From a virus (Duplodnaviria > Caudoviricetes): DNA of 64,000 nucleotides. Where the stretch lies: IMG/VR virus record IMGVR_UViG_3300020036_004254. The stretch is one strand, 5' to 3'. Of the stretch, positions 1 to 8,890 are shown piece by piece. The translations under genes were made by a program, and so were the position numbers. Below the pieces are notes generated by a model, which searched no databases, was not told the DNA's origin, and saw only the letters and a list, made by a program, of their open reading frames with translations. Position 1 is the first letter of the stretch; every line of letters begins with the position of its first letter.

Positions 1-11
1 GAAAAACACAA

Positions 12-809
12 ATGCGTACATTCCAAAAAGTTGGTTCAACTGGCGTTGTTAACGTAGCGTCTTCATTGTGGCGACAGGGCAACTTGCCTTCAGCGGGTGG
101 CGTTGCGTCAGCCGCCCCGGGTGGTCGTGCGCCAACGGATGCTACAACAGGTGCTTTTGTGTTCAACAACGCCTCTGGTGCAGACACCCTGCACTTTGTC
201 TCGGCCTTTATAACAGCAAGCGTTGCGGCAAATACGCTATTATTGTACGATAGAATTTTTGATGTGGCCAAGACGATGAACTCTACTACCGCAGAATCCG
301 TTACGGGTGTTCCTACGCGATATCAGTCATCAACATCAACAGACCAAGACTATGCTGGCGGAAACTTCTGCTTCCCAGAAGTAGGTGGAACCGCGCTCGC
401 CAACACCGCGCACAACTGGACAGTGTGTCAGTATCGAAATCAAGCGGGGACGGACGCACAATCATTTCCGTCGGCAACGGGTGTGGCACAGGCTATCGTG
501 GACCGTTTGGACCTTCTACCCGGATATTGGTTCATGCCTCTCGCCGCTGGTGATACAGGAGTTATGGACCTCCATCAGATGCAATGTTCTGCGGCTGTAG
601 CAACTGGTGTCATTAACTTTGTTATTGGACACCCTCTTGCGATTATTCCATGTCCAGTCGCCAACCTTGTCGCGCCAACAGACGGATTGCGCGGACCTTT
701 CCAAGTCTCTAGAATTTTTGATGATGCGTGTTTGGCACTTCTGGAACTTCCAAAACCCGCCACCACAGCCACCACATATAGCGGTGTGATAAACTTAGTT
801 TCCGGGTAA
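12..809 (+). CDS. Putative virion accessory protein (may begin upstream of the window)
   Basis: Ala/Thr/Gly-rich 265-aa ORF; frame is open to the window edge; lies upstream of the neck genes. Confidence 0.6.
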   Translation: MRTFQKVGSTGVVNVASSLWRQGNLPSAGGVASAAPGGRAPTDATTGAFVFNNASGADTLHFVSAFITASVAANTLLLYDRIFDVAKTMNSTTAESVTGVPTRYQSSTSTDQDYAGGNFCFPEVGGTALANTAHNWTVCQYRNQAGTDAQSFPSATGVAQAIVDRLDLLPGYWFMPLAAGDTGVMDLHQMQCSAAVATGVINFVIGHPLAIIPCPVANLVAPTDGLRGPFQVSRIFDDACLALLELPKPATTATTYSGVINLVSG

Positions 810-814
810 TATAG

Positions 815-2893
815 ATGTTTTTTGATGGTGGGTTTTTTTTCGACGGTAACGGAACAACCCCCCTTGATTATGAGGGGTTGTTGCCGTTAGAAGACGCGAT
901 ATCACCTTCTCCGTCCCCAACCCCGACCGTCACCCCAACAATAACTCCATCGATAACCCCCTCTTCAAGTGAAGGGGGGGCACCGTCTGTTACCCCTAGC
1001 GTTACCCCATCAGTAACGAGTACCCCATCCGTTACACCTTCTGTTACTCCAAGTGTTACGCCATCGGTTACTCCGTCGGTCACACGCACCCCCAGTGTTA
1101 CTCCATCGGTGACACCGAGTATTACACCGAGTATTACAGCAACACCGTCGGTCACACCGTCTGTAACTCCGTCGGTGACACCGAGTATTACAGCAACACC
1201 GTCAGTCACCCCTTCTGTAACGCCGTCGGTCACACCGAGTATCACAGCAACACCGTCGGTTACACCTTCTGTTACTCCGTCGGTCACACCAAGTATTACG
1301 GCAACCCCGTCTGTTACTCCGTCAGTAACACCGTCGGTCACACCGAGTGTCACCCCTTCTCAAAGTGTTGCGGCTGAACCATCGGTCACGCCTTCTGTTA
1401 CGCCAAGTGTCACATCAACCCCTTCTGTAACACCGTCGGTCACTTCAAGTGTATCCGTAACGCCGAGTGTTACACCAAGCATTACCCCATCGATTACCCC
1501 GTCGGTCACTAGTACGTCAAGTGTCACCCCATCTGTAACACCAAGTATTACTTCAACACCGAGTGTCACCCCATCTGTGACACCATCGGTCACCCCGAGT
1601 GTCACAGCAACACCGTCTGTCACACCGTCGGTAACCCCGTCTATTACACCAAGTGTTACCAGAACACCGAGCGTTACACCAAGTGTCACACCGAGTATTA
1701 CGTCGAGTGTCACCCCAACGGCATCAATCACCCCAAGCATTACCCCATCGATTACCCCGTCGGTCACTCGTACACCGAGTGTCACCCCATCGGTGACACC
1801 ATCGGTAACTCCTAGCATTACGGTAACATCAAGCGTTACACCAAGTGTCACACCAAGTATTACACTTTCAACATCATCGACCCCATCAGTAACCCCGTCG
1901 ATAACACCAAGCATCACCAGAACCCCAAGTGTCACGCCAAGTATTACATCAAGCGTGACACCAACGGCATCAGTCACCCCATCTGTCACCCCGAGTATCA
2001 CTCCGTCCGTTACTCGCACACCGAGTGTCACCCCAAGTATCACTTCATCGGTTACCCCGTCGATAACACGGACCCCGTCTGTTACAGCGTCGGTCACGCC
2101 TTCAATCACAGCCAGTGTCACCCCAAGCGTCACCCCGTCCGTTACCCGCACCCCGTCTGTTACGGCGTCGGTCACCCCAAGCGTTACCCCAAGCGTTACC
2201 CCATCGATTACCCCGTCTGTCACTCGCACCCCGAGTGTCACCCCAAGCATCACAACGAGCGTCACCCCATCAATTTCTTCGACGGCGTCGGTCACCCCAA
2301 CACCGTCGGTCACCCCATCGATAACCCCATCGGTTACCCCAAGTATCACAGTTTCGGTCACCCCATCAATCTCTTCGACTGCATCGGTAACACCGAGTAT
2401 CACCCCTTCAATAACAGCTTCAGTTACCCCGTCGGTGACTGCGAGTGTCACCCCGTCAGTTTCCGTCACACCAACGCCAACCGCGTCGGTGACCCCAAGT
2501 ATTACCCCAACCGTTACCGCCACACCGAGTATTACCCCCTCAATAACATTAAGTGTTACACCAAGTGAAACACCTTCTGTTTCGGCAACACCGTCTGTCT
2601 CAACAACCCCTTCAGTCACCCCGTCTGTTACCCCAACCGTTACCCCAAGTATCACCCCAACGGTTACTCCGTCTGTCACGCTCACCCCATCGATTACCCC
2701 GTCTACATCAAGTTTTTCTGAACCACAGTTTGTCCCGGTCAAACTAGAAGAATTGTTGAATGTCGATGCATTGACCCATGGGTTAGACGATGATTTTTCT
2801 CTTGTATATGACGAGGAAACACAAACATGGAAAACCAAGAGTATTCGGGATATTCGAATTCAAACTCTAAATGTCGATGGCGGCAGTTTTTAA
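815..2893 (+). CDS. Mucin-like (VTPS)n repeat virion protein with C-terminal DGGSF motif
   Basis: About 600 aa of V/I-T-P-S repeats; C-terminus LEELLNVD...LVYDEETQTWK...NVDGGSF resembles T4-like fibre/accessory proteins. Confidence 0.8.
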   Translation: MFFDGGFFFDGNGTTPLDYEGLLPLEDAISPSPSPTPTVTPTITPSITPSSSEGGAPSVTPSVTPSVTSTPSVTPSVTPSVTPSVTPSVTRTPSVTPSVTPSITPSITATPSVTPSVTPSVTPSITATPSVTPSVTPSVTPSITATPSVTPSVTPSVTPSITATPSVTPSVTPSVTPSVTPSQSVAAEPSVTPSVTPSVTSTPSVTPSVTSSVSVTPSVTPSITPSITPSVTSTSSVTPSVTPSITSTPSVTPSVTPSVTPSVTATPSVTPSVTPSITPSVTRTPSVTPSVTPSITSSVTPTASITPSITPSITPSVTRTPSVTPSVTPSVTPSITVTSSVTPSVTPSITLSTSSTPSVTPSITPSITRTPSVTPSITSSVTPTASVTPSVTPSITPSVTRTPSVTPSITSSVTPSITRTPSVTASVTPSITASVTPSVTPSVTRTPSVTASVTPSVTPSVTPSITPSVTRTPSVTPSITTSVTPSISSTASVTPTPSVTPSITPSVTPSITVSVTPSISSTASVTPSITPSITASVTPSVTASVTPSVSVTPTPTASVTPSITPTVTATPSITPSITLSVTPSETPSVSATPSVSTTPSVTPSVTPTVTPSITPTVTPSVTLTPSITPSTSSFSEPQFVPVKLEELLNVDALTHGLDDDFSLVYDEETQTWKTKSIRDIRIQTLNVDGGSF

Positions 2894-2910
2894 CATTATA
2901 GGAGAAACAT

Positions 2911-3033
2911 ATGTTTTTAGTGTACATCGGAGGGGTATGGGTTTCTAAACCCATCAAAGTTTTTATCAATGGGGTGTGGGTCCAAAAGCCCTTAAAGCGA
3001 TTTGTCGGCGGCGTTTGGACGCTTTCGTCATAA
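2911..3033 (+). CDS. 40-aa protein with three (G/N)GVW repeats (absent from ORF track)
   Basis: AGGAG RBS then ATG; MFLVYIGGVWVSKPIKVFINGVWVQKPLKRFVGGVWTLSS*. Confidence 0.7.
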   Translation: MFLVYIGGVWVSKPIKVFINGVWVQKPLKRFVGGVWTLSS

Positions 3034-3036
3034 ATA
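3029..3036 (+). promoter_or_regulatory. T4-type late promoter (CATAAATA)
   Basis: One mismatch to TATAAATA, just upstream of gp13. Confidence 0.6.
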
Positions 3037-3063
3037 CAGCATAACCATTTACAGGATATCAAC

Positions 3064-4056
3064 ATGCCAGCCTTACCAAGTGTAACCCCCACGCCTGTTC
3101 ACATGTCTACCCGCCAGCAATTAAAGGATTATTGCTTGCGCCGTTTGGGTGCGCCTGTCATTGAAATCAACGTAGACGACGACCAAGTGGAAGACCGTAT
3201 TCAAGACGCGATTGAGTTGTTCCAAGAATACCATTTTGATGGAACAGAACGCATGTATTTGAAATGCTTGATTGAAGCATCTACATTGGAGTTTACCACA
3301 CCGGATGCCAATCTCTTTATTAATGGAGAAATCATTACAGGGGCAACGTCAGGGGCAACGGCCAAGGTCTATGATGTGCCTTCGTCTACAACGATTCGCC
3401 TGAAACAGACACAGGGGACGTTTGAAGCAGGGGAGACGATTTCTGGTGGAACCAGTGGGGCCACGGTAACCGCCAGCGTCTTCACCCTCAAGAACTGGGA
3501 CCAGCAATATTTGGAGATTGCCGACGCCGTGTTGGGTGTCAACCGCATCTTTATTTTGGGTCCGGGCACGGCAGGAATGAACACCCGTAACATCTTCGAT
3601 GTGGTGTATCAGTTTCGCTTGAATGACATGTACGATTTGATGTCCACCGACCTGATTTATTACGCGCAGGTCAAACAGCATTTGTCGTTGTTGGATATGA
3701 TGTTGCCGGGAGAACGGTCTATTCGTTTCAACCGTAAGTTGGACCGTTTGTACATCGATGTGAACTGGCCAGAAATTCTCACCCCGGATACTTACATTAT
3801 AGCAGAATGCTATAGATTGGTGGACCCAGAAGAGTTCACCAAGGTCTATAATGATTTGTTCATCAAGCGATACGCCACCGCGTTGATTAAGCGGCAGTGG
3901 GGAAATAACATGAAGAAGTTTCAAGGGATTGAACTCCCGGGTGGAGTAAAGTTAAACGGGAAGGAAATCTATGACGAAGCGGTAGAAGAAATTGCGAAGA
4001 TTGAACAGGAAATGCAAGAACGATACGAATTACATCCATTTTTCGAGGTGGGGTAG
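3064..4056 (+). CDS. 13: Neck protein gp13
   Basis: LKDYCLRRLGAPVIEINVDDDQVEDRI and LIKRQWGNNMKKFQGIELPGGV are gp13 signatures. Confidence 0.93.
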   Translation: MPALPSVTPTPVHMSTRQQLKDYCLRRLGAPVIEINVDDDQVEDRIQDAIELFQEYHFDGTERMYLKCLIEASTLEFTTPDANLFINGEIITGATSGATAKVYDVPSSTTIRLKQTQGTFEAGETISGGTSGATVTASVFTLKNWDQQYLEIADAVLGVNRIFILGPGTAGMNTRNIFDVVYQFRLNDMYDLMSTDLIYYAQVKQHLSLLDMMLPGERSIRFNRKLDRLYIDVNWPEILTPDTYIIAECYRLVDPEEFTKVYNDLFIKRYATALIKRQWGNNMKKFQGIELPGGVKLNGKEIYDEAVEEIAKIEQEMQERYELHPFFEVG

Positions 4057-4060
4057 AGAA

Positions 4061-4663
4061 ATGTTTTTTTTCACCTATAAGACCACCAATTTAGTCAACG
4101 GCAAGTACTACTTCGGACGCCATTCTTCTGTGAGTTTAGAGGATGGGTATCTGGGGTCTGGAATAGCCCTAAAAAATGCGGTTAAAAAATATGGGGTAGA
4201 AAACTTTCAACGTGAAATTCTCGCATTTTATCCCACAAAAGAATCTCTTGTAGAAGCGGAAAAAGAACTCATTAAAGAAGAAGTTGTAAATGATAAGATG
4301 TCATACAACATGAAAATTGGTGGCTGGGGTGGAAGTTCTTCAGAGGAATGGACTCAAGAAAGGAGAAATAATCATTCTATGCTTGCAAAAGAAAGAATGA
4401 AAAGTGCTGAGCTGAGAAAAGGTGTATCAGAACGGGCTAAAAAAATGTGGCAAGATGGTAAAGGCATAACTCCACCAAACGTGAGTGGAATAAAACGTTC
4501 TGATGAAACAAAAGGAAAAATAAGTAAGTCTCACAAAGGGATGAAAAAGAAGTGGGTCACGAATACCTCTAAAAAGGGAACAAAACATTCAGAAGAAACG
4601 CGAAGAAAAATGTCAGAATCTCGCAAAAGGTTTTTAGAAAGAAAGGATTTGAATGTCTACTAA
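4061..4663 (+). mobile_element. Free-standing Seg-like GIY-YIG homing endonuclease with NUMOD3-like repeats
   Basis: FTYKTTNLVNGKYYFG..YLGSG..KKYG.ENF; GIKRSDETKGKIS and GTKHSEETRRKMS; AT-rich; inserted between gp13 and gp14. Confidence 0.88.
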
Positions 4664-5387
4664 TTTTTATTTTCAATCTGGTACCAACATTGGGACCACC
4701 AACGAACAGCGGTTGGTGGAAGATTTGATTATTGAAGCCATTCAGATTAAGGGTCACGATATCTATTACATGCCAAGAACGTCGGTCACCCCGGACCACA
4801 TATTGGGCGAAGACATCATGAGTCGCTTTACCCAAGTCTATCCGATTGAAATGTATCTGAACAACGTTCAGGGGTGGGAAGGGGATGGGGAGTTGATGTC
4901 AAAGTTTGGTATTCAGGTAACAGACCAAGCAACGTTCGTGGTGTCGAAAAGACGATGGGAAGATGCGATTGCGTCTCAGACGGATGATTTACAACTTCCG
5001 CTTCGCCCTGCTGAAGGGGATTTGTTGTACTTTCCAAAGACCAAAGCCTTTTTTGAAATCAAGTTTGTCAACCACTTGGACCCGTTTTTCCAACTGGGAA
5101 AGTTTTACGTGTATTCTCTTCAGTGTGAGTTGTACCAGTATAGTTCAGAAACTATCAACACCGGAAATGAAGAGATTGATGAGCGAGCGGCAGAGAAAAC
5201 ACAGGATATATTCGACTTCCGATTTCTTACACAGACAGGCGGCGTATTGTTGACACAAAGCGGAACGCCTCTGATTTTGGCGTCAAGTTCACAGGTTGAA
5301 GACTCGTTTGACGATACAACACCGTTCCAGACCGAAGCAGAGGATGTTGTTGATTTTGACGTAATAGACCCGTTTGGGGAGTTTTAA
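4653..5387 (+). CDS. 14: Neck protein gp14
   Basis: EQRLVEDLIIEAIQIKGHDIYYMPR, RPAEGDLLYFP, FFQLGK; synteny. Confidence 0.93.
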   Translation: MSTNFYFQSGTNIGTTNEQRLVEDLIIEAIQIKGHDIYYMPRTSVTPDHILGEDIMSRFTQVYPIEMYLNNVQGWEGDGELMSKFGIQVTDQATFVVSKRRWEDAIASQTDDLQLPLRPAEGDLLYFPKTKAFFEIKFVNHLDPFFQLGKFYVYSLQCELYQYSSETINTGNEEIDERAAEKTQDIFDFRFLTQTGGVLLTQSGTPLILASSSQVEDSFDDTTPFQTEAEDVVDFDVIDPFGEF

Positions 5388-5389
5388 CC

Positions 5390-6193
5390 ATGTTTAAGCA
5401 CAAGCACTTCTATCATCAGCACATTAGAAAAGCGATTATTGCATTTGGCACGTTGTTCAACGGTATTTACGTAGACCGTAGTGACGAAACAGATACACTC
5501 ACCAAACGTATCAAAGTTCCGTTGTCATATGTGCCAAAACAGAAATTCATTGCGCGTATTGGCGCGGCTCCGGATTTGGAAGGTGGTCGTACTGCGTTTG
5601 AAGTGGTCTTGCCACGTATTGGGTTTGAGATTAAGGGTCTTGAATATGATAGTAAACGGAAACTTGCTATCACACAAAAAGTTAAATCGGTCCAGACTGA
5701 CGGAAGTTTAAAACACGCATTTACGTCAACCCCATACAATCTCAAAATTGATATGAGCGTGTACGCCAAAAATCAGGACGATGGGTTGCAAATCCTCGAA
5801 CAAATTCTCCCCCATTTCAATCCAGACTTTAACGTCTCTGTGAATGAAATCCCCTCCCTTGGGGTGTCCAGAGATTTGCAGTTTGTGTTGGACGGAATAG
5901 AACTCGAAAACGAGTATGAAAGCGATTTCAAAGAACGAGTCAAGGTGATTTACAATCTTCACTTCACAATTAAAATCAACTTCTTTGGATTTGTTGATGA
6001 CGCAAGCATCATTAAGAGAACAATCATCAACATTTTGACCGATTCTGAGTTGGTCAATGGTGTCGTTCCGACTGGAACGCTCAACGGTGAACGAATCACC
6101 ACAACCACAGACCCCTATGGGGCAGACCCAACATCTGATTATACCTATGTGGTAGAATTTGATAACATTTACTTTGGTGAACCGGAAGTATAA
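5390..6193 (+). CDS. 15: Tail sheath stabiliser/terminator gp15
   Basis: FYHQHIRKAIIAFGTLFN, KVPLSYVPKQKF, QILEQILPHFNP. Confidence 0.93.
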   Translation: MFKHKHFYHQHIRKAIIAFGTLFNGIYVDRSDETDTLTKRIKVPLSYVPKQKFIARIGAAPDLEGGRTAFEVVLPRIGFEIKGLEYDSKRKLAITQKVKSVQTDGSLKHAFTSTPYNLKIDMSVYAKNQDDGLQILEQILPHFNPDFNVSVNEIPSLGVSRDLQFVLDGIELENEYESDFKERVKVIYNLHFTIKINFFGFVDDASIIKRTIINILTDSELVNGVVPTGTLNGERITTTTDPYGADPTSDYTYVVEFDNIYFGEPEV

Positions 6194-8449
6194 ATGAAAA
6201 GACCAAATCGTTCTTCCACTCTTGTATCGACAGGAAGTCCAAAGACTATATTCCCAAAAATAAACGTCTCCGACATTTTCGTTGACGGTGAATGGTATTT
6301 GTACCCATCGGCAACCCCAAGTCCCACCCCGTCAACTACTGTGTCAGTGTCGGTGTCAGGAACACCAACGCCTACAACAACCCCTTCAATGACGAGAGGG
6401 GCATCACCATCGGTTACCCCGTCAGCCACCCCTTCTATTTCTGTTTCTACAACACCGACTCCAACCGCCTCGGTGTCGTTGACTCCATCACGAACCCCGT
6501 CAGTGACTCCGTCGCGTTCAGCGTCCCCGTCTCCATCCGTGACCCCGTCGATTACACCTTCAATTACGCGAACCGCGAGTGTGACACCATCGGTGACGCC
6601 TTCTATCACGGTTTCTACGTCTGTCACCCCGTCGGTTACGCCTTCGATTACGCGAACCGCTTCTGTCACGCCGTCAATTACTATTACCCCATCGATTACA
6701 CCGTCTGCCACACGAACCCCATCCGTAACACCAACCGCGACACCAACTCCGACACAAAATGCGTCGGTTTCAGTGACGCCGTCCGTAACGCCTTCGATTA
6801 CGGTTTCTACGTCTGTCACCCCGTCCGTAACCCCGTCGATTACGGTTTCTACGTCTGTCACCCCGTCGGTGACGCCTTCGATTACGGTTTCAAGAACGCC
6901 TTCCGTCACACGCACCCCCTCAATCACACCAAGTGTTACACGGTCGGTGACCCCGTCGGTGACTCCGTCCATCACAAGAACACCATCGGTCACACCATCG
7001 GTCACACCATCAATAACGGTATCTCGGTCGGCAACACCATCCGTGACGCCATCCGTTACCGCTTCCGTGACGCCATCGATAACGGTTAGCCCGTCGGTCA
7101 CGCCGTCAATCACCCCATCGATAACGGTTAGCCCGTCGGTCACACCGTCGGTCACGCCATCAATAACGGTTTCGAGAACACCATCGGTGACCCCATCCAT
7201 CACCCGTTCGGTGTCAGTAACACCAACTCCGTCGATAACACGTACTCCGTCTGTTACTCCATCCATCACACCGTCTATCACTCGCAGTGTATCAGTCACG
7301 CCGTCAGTGACCCGCACCCCAAGTGTTACTCCAACCGTTACACCAACAGCAACCATCACAACTATTTGTTACGTGACCGGAATGGTGTTGACTGGTCCGG
7401 GTCAAGTATCATGGGATGCCGCCTGTGCATTAAGTAGTACAGGAGATACGACCGTTTATACAGATGGGGTATTGTTTTATAGTGACTTCCCATGTAGTGG
7501 TGGGTTAGTGCTAGACGGATATTACAAGACGGTTGATAACGGGTGGGTATATTACATTAACGGTGTATATACTGATAACAATACCTGCGGTGTCGCACCA
7601 TCCCCATCACCCACCGCTACACCATCAATCACCGCCACTCCATCGGTGACTCCATCCATCACCCCAACCCCGTCGGTGACACCATCGGTGACCCCGTCGG
7701 TGACACCATCGGTGACCCGTACCGCGTCGGTGACCCCGTCTGTGTCACAGACACCTAGCGTTACGCCAAGCATCACCCCTTCTATTACCCGCACACCATC
7801 GGTAACCCCGTCGGTAACCCCGTCGGTAACCCCGTCGGTAACCCCAACCGTTACACGTACATCAAGTGTGACTCCATCGGTAACCCCGTCGGTAACCCCG
7901 AGTATTACGAGAACACCGAGCGTCACACCAAGTATTACCCCTTCAACAACCAGAACTCCTTCTGTGACACCAAGTAGAACACCTTCTGTCACACGTACTC
8001 CATCGATAACCCCAACGGTCACCCCAACGGCCACCATCACCACTATTTGTTATGTGACTGGTGCATCTTTGACTGGACCGGGACAAGCATCATCGGCACT
8101 CGCGTGTGCATTGAGCGACACGCTGGATATTGAAGTATATACCGATGGGGTGTTGTTCTACAGCGACTTCCCGTGTAGTGGTGGGTTGGCTCTAAATGGA
8201 TACTACAAGACGGACGCCAATAGTTGGGAGCGATATGTGTCTGGTGAACTTATAAGTACTGGTAGTTGCGTGATTCCGCCGTCACCGTCCGTCACCCCAA
8301 CAGTGACCCCAAGCGCATCAGCAGGGTGTCCTGATTTTGGGACAAATATTTGTCAGGGTATTGACTTGTACATTGCTGATGGTGCCTGTGGCTGGTCGCA
8401 AATCTGTCTGAACAACACCGCGTGTGGCGGTACTACAGAATGTTCTTAA
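6194..8449 (+). CDS. Mucin-like (VTPS)n protein with two duplicated Cys-rich domains and a Cys-rich tip
   Basis: VTPS stalks separate two ~80-aa copies of TICYVTG..LTGPGQ..ACALS..VYTDGVLFYSDFPCSGGL..GYYKT; the C-terminal ~40 aa hold 6 Cys. Confidence 0.8.
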   Translation: MKRPNRSSTLVSTGSPKTIFPKINVSDIFVDGEWYLYPSATPSPTPSTTVSVSVSGTPTPTTTPSMTRGASPSVTPSATPSISVSTTPTPTASVSLTPSRTPSVTPSRSASPSPSVTPSITPSITRTASVTPSVTPSITVSTSVTPSVTPSITRTASVTPSITITPSITPSATRTPSVTPTATPTPTQNASVSVTPSVTPSITVSTSVTPSVTPSITVSTSVTPSVTPSITVSRTPSVTRTPSITPSVTRSVTPSVTPSITRTPSVTPSVTPSITVSRSATPSVTPSVTASVTPSITVSPSVTPSITPSITVSPSVTPSVTPSITVSRTPSVTPSITRSVSVTPTPSITRTPSVTPSITPSITRSVSVTPSVTRTPSVTPTVTPTATITTICYVTGMVLTGPGQVSWDAACALSSTGDTTVYTDGVLFYSDFPCSGGLVLDGYYKTVDNGWVYYINGVYTDNNTCGVAPSPSPTATPSITATPSVTPSITPTPSVTPSVTPSVTPSVTRTASVTPSVSQTPSVTPSITPSITRTPSVTPSVTPSVTPSVTPTVTRTSSVTPSVTPSVTPSITRTPSVTPSITPSTTRTPSVTPSRTPSVTRTPSITPTVTPTATITTICYVTGASLTGPGQASSALACALSDTLDIEVYTDGVLFYSDFPCSGGLALNGYYKTDANSWERYVSGELISTGSCVIPPSPSVTPTVTPSASAGCPDFGTNICQGIDLYIADGACGWSQICLNNTACGGTTECS

Positions 8450-8464
8450 TCAAAGGAATGAAAT

Positions 8465-8890
8465 ATGTTTGAAAGTCTAGATGAAAAGTTTGGTGTAGGC
8501 CCAACCATACTACCAACAAAAAGTGAATCTGAAGACGAACTACCCCCAGAAGTCTTGAGCGACGAAGAAGTTGCACGACGGGCATTGCGGGACATGATTG
8601 TAAAGGGTCGAGAGGGTGTAGAAACCGCTCTCAACTTGGCCAAGGGGTCTGAGTCCGGAAAGGCATATGAAGCATTGGCACAGATGATTAAAGTTGTTTC
8701 TGATTCTTCCAAGGATTTGCTCATCATTCAGAAAATCAAAAAAGATATTGGAAAGAAAGAAGCCCCGGCTGGCCCCAAGACACAAAACAACCTGTTTGTT
8801 GGTTCTACTGCCGAGTTGATGAAAGCTCTTCGAAAGTCGTCGTTAGAACTTTTACCTGAAAATGAAATCCAACCTGCAAATGATAACTGA
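8465..8890 (+). CDS. 16: Terminase small subunit gp16
   Basis: KAYEALAQMIK, QNNLFVGSTAELMK; precedes gp17. Confidence 0.9.
   Translation: MFESLDEKFGVGPTILPTKSESEDELPPEVLSDEEVARRALRDMIVKGREGVETALNLAKGSESGKAYEALAQMIKVVSDSSKDLLIIQKIKKDIGKKEAPAGPKTQNNLFVGSTAELMKALRKSSLELLPENEIQPANDN

Noticed and set aside
815-2893. CRISPR-like or DNA tandem repeat array
   Set aside because: The 12-nt periodicity is protein-coding with synonymous variation; no repeat-spacer structure and no cas genes
868-8043. Long minus-strand ORFs of (GVTD/GVTL)n at 868-1353, 1360-2838, 6169-7359 and 7552-8043, and the + frame ORF 6292-7089
   Set aside because: Shadows of the VTPS repeat codons; no RBS or domain content
7354-8271. 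Diversity-generating retroelement TR/VR pair
   Set aside because: Differences between the two copies involve all four bases and many are synonymous, not adenine-specific; no reverse transcriptase in the window
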